DNA from: an uncultured Verrucomicrobiae bacterium
Lineage (GTDB): Bacteria; Verrucomicrobiota; Verrucomicrobiia; Chthoniobacterales; Terrimicrobiaceae
NCBI GenBank assembly: GCA_963706955.1
Contig: CAVPOC010000008.1
Span: 160,001-224,000, forward strand
Length of the DNA: 64,000 bases
Direction: 5' to 3'
Notes under the pieces: model-generated
The model's input: the letters and a program-made list of their open reading frames with translations, nothing else
Databases searched by the model: none
What the model was told of the DNA's origin: nothing
In this document: one piece after another, positions 59,561 through 64,000 of the stretch
Layout: each line of letters begins with the position of its first letter
Numbering within the stretch: position 1 is the first letter of the stretch
Position numbers and translations under genes: made by a program

Positions 59561-60090
59561 TCCAGGGTATAGCGCGGGAGGTTGGGATTGACCTGCACAC
59601 TCCAGGCATCGATGCCGCCGCGCATGCATTTAATGTTTGTGAAGCCGTGCCCGGCAAAATACGCCGCAGCGTCAAGGGACCGTGCACCCTTATGGTCGAC
59701 GAAAACCAGGAAGCTCTCCTTGGGTTTGCTCCCTAGAATCTGCTGCATCAAGTTGTGATCGAGGAACTGGGCTCCCTCGATATGGACTGCTTCGTATTCT
59801 TCGCGGGTTCGGATATCGAGCAATTCCACCCCGTTTCCGTCGAGTGACTGCTTAACTTCGAGTGGAGAAATCATCATACTCTCGTCCTCCGCCGATGCGC
59901 GTCGGATGGTTTCCACTACTTCCTCGGGGTCAAGACCGTCATTGCGGGAGCAAACCTCCGCGAGAGTTTCGTCAGGCCGAAATCCGCAGCTGGCGCACCC
60001 ACCGATGTGATAATTGCGAAACAGCGCGCGCTGAGCTCCAGGAAACGCCTCCAGAAGCTCACCCATGGTCATATCCACCGTCGAAGTCAT
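59557..60090 (-). CDS. Rhodanese-like protein with N-terminal CxxC (DUF1858-like) domain
   Basis: HIGGCASC...ETLAEVC; LLDIRTREEY..HIEGA; GGIDAW. Confidence 0.85.
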   Translation of the reverse strand: MTSTVDMTMGELLEAFPGAQRALFRNYHIGGCASCGFRPDETLAEVCSRNDGLDPEEVVETIRRASAEDESMMISPLEVKQSLDGNGVELLDIRTREEYEAVHIEGAQFLDHNLMQQILGSKPKESFLVFVDHKGARSLDAAAYFAGHGFTNIKCMRGGIDAWSVQVNPNLPRYTLE

Positions 60091-60168
60091 CACTCCCAGA
60101 GTATCCGACTGTCGCTTGATTTCAACTATCGGCTCGCCCCTCCGCAGTTCTCCAATTATGATGGGACA

Positions 60169-60810
60169 ATGAAATTGCGCGCTTTGGACGAAGCCCGTTG
60201 GATCCTTGGGATCCTCGCAGTCTGCTGCGTTGCTTCCCTCGTCTTGTTGCCGCCCGCTGCAATTTTCTTTGCCGGACTTTTCCTGTTTTCGCTCTATTTC
60301 TTTCGAGACCCCGAGCGTCAACCCCCCGCTGACGAGAACCTCGCGGTAGCCCCAGCCGACGGAGTGGTCGTAGAAGTTAAAGAGACCGGCGAAGATCATT
60401 TGCTCAAAGCCAAGGTCAAGCGCATCGCCATTTTTCTCTCGGTGTTCGACGTCCACGTGAATCGCGCGCCAATCGCGGGTAGAATTACCCATTCCGAATC
60501 AGCCAATGGCCGATTCCTTGATGCGCGTAATCCTTCCAGCGCTGATGTGAACGCACGGCGCACCTGGGCAATCCAAGGAAAGGAGAAGACGGTGGTGGTG
60601 CGCCAAATCACGGGAGCCATCGCCCGGCGAATCTGCGCGTGGAAAAAGGTCGGAGATTCGGTGGAACGCGGGGAACGCTTCGGCATGATTCGCTTCGGTT
60701 CGCGCACCGAAATTGATCTGCCCATCGAAGCAGAAATCCTCGTCAAACTCCGAGAGAGAGTCCGAGGCGGAGAGACACCGATCGCACGACTTAAACCGGG
60801 CAAGGAATGA
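60169..60810 (+). CDS. psd: Phosphatidylserine decarboxylase
   Basis: FFRDPER, APADG, FDVHVNRAP, IRFGSR self-cleavage site. Confidence 0.95.
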   Translation: MKLRALDEARWILGILAVCCVASLVLLPPAAIFFAGLFLFSLYFFRDPERQPPADENLAVAPADGVVVEVKETGEDHLLKAKVKRIAIFLSVFDVHVNRAPIAGRITHSESANGRFLDARNPSSADVNARRTWAIQGKEKTVVVRQITGAIARRICAWKKVGDSVERGERFGMIRFGSRTEIDLPIEAEILVKLRERVRGGETPIARLKPGKE

Positions 60811-61622
60811 ACTCGCACGAAGAGCCAAAGATCTACCTGCTGCCGAACTTGATGACGGCCGGCAACCTCTTTTGCGGTTTTGCGGCGGTTTTGCGCATCA
60901 TCGAGGCTGCGTTGGTGATTCAACAGGGAGGATCAGCCGTGGCCCTCTACCACCAGGCACTTACATTTGTTCTCGGCGCCTGTCTTTTTGACCTTCTTGA
61001 CGGTCGCCTCGCCCGTCTCGGAGGGAGCGAAAGCCCTTTCGGCCGGGAGTTTGACTCACTGGCCGATATAGTCTCCTTTGGAATAGCACCTGCCCTATTG
61101 GTTTATCAGATCGTGCTTCGCGATTTCTATCGGACGGGTTGGTTGATCGCGTTTGTTTACCTTCTGTGCGGCGCGCTCAGGTTGGCCAGGTTTAATTGCT
61201 ACGCCAGTGCAAGGAACGGCAAGCCACAGGAAGATTTTATCGGCTTTCCCATTCCCGCCGCAGCCGGACTGATCGCGTCGCTGACCCTCTTCATGCTTTG
61301 GCTGGAAGAGGGTTCCAAAGAGATCGGGGCCTGGAAGTTCGCCTTGGCGGGCCTGATGCTCTTCCTGTCGTTCATGATGTTTAGCCGGGTGCGCTATCCC
61401 AGCTTTAAAGGGCTCGGCTGGAGGACCCAGCGATCGATACCGCGGTTTTTGCTGATCATTGTGGTCCTGGTCTTCAGCGCGATGTTTTACGAATGGATGC
61501 CGGCGTTGCTCTTCGTGACCTTTCTCGTTTACGGTTTTGTCCGTCCGTTTATTTCAAAGGCGCTGCGCCGCGAACTTGAGGAAGAAGAGGAGGACGATGT
61601 CAACGAAGAGTCGGCCAAGTAA
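60807..61622 (+). CDS. pssA: CDP-diacylglycerol-serine O-phosphatidyltransferase
   Basis: LPNLMT, DLLDGRLAR...GREFDSLAD, RLARFN. Confidence 0.95.
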   Translation: MNSHEEPKIYLLPNLMTAGNLFCGFAAVLRIIEAALVIQQGGSAVALYHQALTFVLGACLFDLLDGRLARLGGSESPFGREFDSLADIVSFGIAPALLVYQIVLRDFYRTGWLIAFVYLLCGALRLARFNCYASARNGKPQEDFIGFPIPAAAGLIASLTLFMLWLEEGSKEIGAWKFALAGLMLFLSFMMFSRVRYPSFKGLGWRTQRSIPRFLLIIVVLVFSAMFYEWMPALLFVTFLVYGFVRPFISKALRRELEEEEEDDVNEESAK

Positions 61623-61658
61623 GGGTTCTGGCGCTGCAGATAGTCTCCGCGTCGGTGT

Positions 61659-61721
61659 TGTAGCGACGATGTCCCCATCGTCGATCCTTCAAGCGCCGCC
61701 GGTGGGGACACCGGCGCTACA
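61659..61721. repeat. Inverted REP doublet (REPIN-like)
   Basis: TGTAGCGACGATGTCCCCATCGTCG ... CGCCGGTGGGGACACCGGCGCTACA. Confidence 0.75.
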
Positions 61722-61750
61722 GGGAATGTCTTCCGGCGAGCGATTCCCGG

Positions 61751-63856
61751 CTAGAAGAAAATCGGGATGATGAGGATGGCAACGATGTTCACCACCTTGA
61801 TCATGGGATTGATGGCGGGACCGCTGGTGTCCTTGTAGGGATCTCCGACGGTGTCGCCCGTGACCGCGGCCTTGTGTGCTTCGGAGCCTTTGCCGCCGAA
61901 ATTTCCCTCCTCAATGTATTTCTTGGCGTTATCCCAAGCCCCGCCACTCGAGGTCATCGAAATACCCATGAACAAACCGGTGACGATGCTCCCGACCAGG
62001 ACACCGCCCAGGAGCTTCATGCCATCGGGAATGGCGGCGACAACCACAACTGCCACCACCGGAAGCAGTGCCGGCACGATCATTTCCTTGAGGGCGGCTT
62101 TGGTGACGATATCGACACACGTGCCGTACTCAGGGGTGTCGGTGCCCTTGAGGATGCCTGGATGTTGATTGAGTTGCCGGCGCACTTCAGTGACCACCGC
62201 GCCAGCGGCACGCCCGACTGCATTCATGCTGAAGGCAGAAAAGAGATAAGGCAGCAGCCCTCCGAGAAAAAGGCCGATGATAATCTTCGGGTCCTTTAGG
62301 GAAAAAGAGAGGGCTTGTTCAATTTGGGCCGGGTCCATGTGCATCTTGCTCGCCGGACTCAGGAGATGGTGCTTGAGGTCGACAAAATACGAGCCGAAGA
62401 GAACGACTGCAGCCAGGCCGGCGCTGGCAATGGCATAACCCTTCGTAACCGCCTTCATGGTATTGCCGACCGCATCCAGTTCGTCGGTGATGGTTCGGAC
62501 CGTCTTGGGCAAACCACTCATCACCGCTATGCCGCCGGCATTGTCTGTGATGGGCCCGAAGGCATCGAGCGAGATAATGATGCCTGACATCGAGAGCATC
62601 GCCATCACGGCGACAGCGATGCCATAGAGACCGGCCGCGCTGTGGCTCAGCCAAATCGATGCCGCAATGCAAAGCACCGGCAAGGCCGTTGCATGCAGGC
62701 CCACCCCGAGACCGGCGATAATGTTCGTCGCGTGTCCGGTAACGCTCGCTTCCGCTATCTTGCGAACCGGCGAATAACTGGTCGCGGTGTAGAAGTTTGT
62801 GATAAAAACTGCTGCTCCCGTCATCAAAAGGCCAATCAGCGAGGAAAAATAGATCCCACTCGCCGGATAGATCATTTCGGCACCGCTCAAGACATCGCGG
62901 GCCGTTAGACCCCTCGGAAAGAGAAGCATCGTCAGAGGCCAGAAAAGAACCGCGCAGATGAGAGCGGTGACGACGACTCCGCCGATAAGAGCATTGGTCG
63001 GCGTTGTATTGGAAACATTGACAAAGAAAATGCCAATGATCGAAGCGATAATTGCCGCTCCCCCAAGCAGAAATGGAAAGACCACAGGCGCGCCCAGACC
63101 GGCGGTAAGCGCCCCCACAAGCACAGTGCCAATGAGAGAAACTGCGTAGGTTTCGAAGACATCAGCCGCCATTCCAGCGCAATCGCCCACGTTGTCGCCG
63201 ACATTGTCGGCGATGGTCGCTGGATTACGCGGATCGTCCTCCTCGAGATTGGATTCCACCTTGCCAACGAGATCCGCCCCCACGTCGGCCGCCTTCGTGT
63301 AGATTCCGCCACCCAGGCGCGCGAAGACCGAAATCAGCGATGCGCCCAAAGCTACCCCGACGAGGCTGGCGATCGACTTGTCACCATTTATCCAGGACAT
63401 CAGTAGCCAAAAAATACCGACGGAAAGCAGCGCGAGTCCGACAACAAGAAGCCCGGTAACTGCCCCGCCATTAAAGGCGGCTTGAAGAGCCTTTTTGCGG
63501 TTCAGAGTGGCCCCTTGAGCTGTGCGAACATTGGCGACGACAGCGACCCGCATCCCGATGTAACCAGCGCTAAGAGAGCAGATTGCGCCCAAGACAAACC
63601 CTGCGGCCGTGGAAAAGTCACGGAACACCCACAGCAGGAAAAAAATGACGGCAGCTATGGCGCCGATGGTTACGATTTGTCGATTGAGGTAGGCCTGGGC
63701 TCCTTCTTGAATCGCACCGGCGATCTGGAGCATACGCTCGTTTCCTGTCGGCAAGGCCATTACCTGTTTGATGAGGAAGACAGCCCCGCCCAAGCCGAGA
63801 AGGCCGCACAAAAGGGCAATTACCATGCCTAGAGAAGCCAGAAATCCAGATGACAC
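61751..63856 (-). CDS. hppA: Membrane-bound pyrophosphatase, predicted K+-independent H+ pump
   Basis: [26 protein letters not shown] has Lys at the K+-dependence determinant. Confidence 0.95.
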   Translation of the reverse strand: MSSGFLASLGMVIALLCGLLGLGGAVFLIKQVMALPTGNERMLQIAGAIQEGAQAYLNRQIVTIGAIAAVIFFLLWVFRDFSTAAGFVLGAICSLSAGYIGMRVAVVANVRTAQGATLNRKKALQAAFNGGAVTGLLVVGLALLSVGIFWLLMSWINGDKSIASLVGVALGASLISVFARLGGGIYTKAADVGADLVGKVESNLEEDDPRNPATIADNVGDNVGDCAGMAADVFETYAVSLIGTVLVGALTAGLGAPVVFPFLLGGAAIIASIIGIFFVNVSNTTPTNALIGGVVVTALICAVLFWPLTMLLFPRGLTARDVLSGAEMIYPASGIYFSSLIGLLMTGAAVFITNFYTATSYSPVRKIAEASVTGHATNIIAGLGVGLHATALPVLCIAASIWLSHSAAGLYGIAVAVMAMLSMSGIIISLDAFGPITDNAGGIAVMSGLPKTVRTITDELDAVGNTMKAVTKGYAIASAGLAAVVLFGSYFVDLKHHLLSPASKMHMDPAQIEQALSFSLKDPKIIIGLFLGGLLPYLFSAFSMNAVGRAAGAVVTEVRRQLNQHPGILKGTDTPEYGTCVDIVTKAALKEMIVPALLPVVAVVVVAAIPDGMKLLGGVLVGSIVTGLFMGISMTSSGGAWDNAKKYIEEGNFGGKGSEAHKAAVTGDTVGDPYKDTSGPAINPMIKVVNIVAILIIPIFF

Positions 63857-64000
63857 AGGGCGCTTAGGTATTGAAGGGCCGCAGAGTTTAGCCCGACGCC
63901 GCCGTGACGCAACGATGTTTTGCAGGTCCCAGTAAACTGCGCATAGCCCAATCCGTCGCGGGTAGACTTCTAGCCTGAATTTGAGCCTCCGCTACTGACG

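Overview
Bacterial window, most likely Verrucomicrobiota (a PVC small basic protein gene lies at 57649-57804; any finer placement is inference). The left ~42 kb is accessory and mosaic. It holds isolated genes (FkbM methyltransferase, DUF4157 fusion, ASCH, NYN, MFS, dinB, GATase1-like, BTLCP, SphA-like channel, GH16, FAD oxidases, SatP, PrsW), several pseudogene fragments, degenerate attC-like sites and many short elements bounded by GGGGTCRG inverted repeats. The right ~22 kb is core: potCDB, pyk, rhomboid, DAGK, AsmA, rsmD, waaA, gatB, cvpA, aroC, tRNA-Arg(CCT), ridA, a pseudouridine synthase, an Fe-S module, psd-pssA and hppA. Best leads: (1) tandem-duplicated double-AhpD-fold proteins lacking the canonical catalytic His, one translationally coupled to a sensor-less membrane adenylate cyclase; (2) a secreted 3x13-aa repeat peptide visibly derived from a lipoprotein gene in the same window; (3) an unannotated double-glycine-leader peptide; (4) a family of ~200-bp TIR mini-elements; (5) a sigma54-type promoter / 21-aa ORF / terminator unit; (6) a deaminase-ABM-Tat flavoenzyme-MFS cluster. 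No CRISPR array, rRNA, intact integrase or transposase was seen. All family calls come from motif recognition by eye, not database searches.
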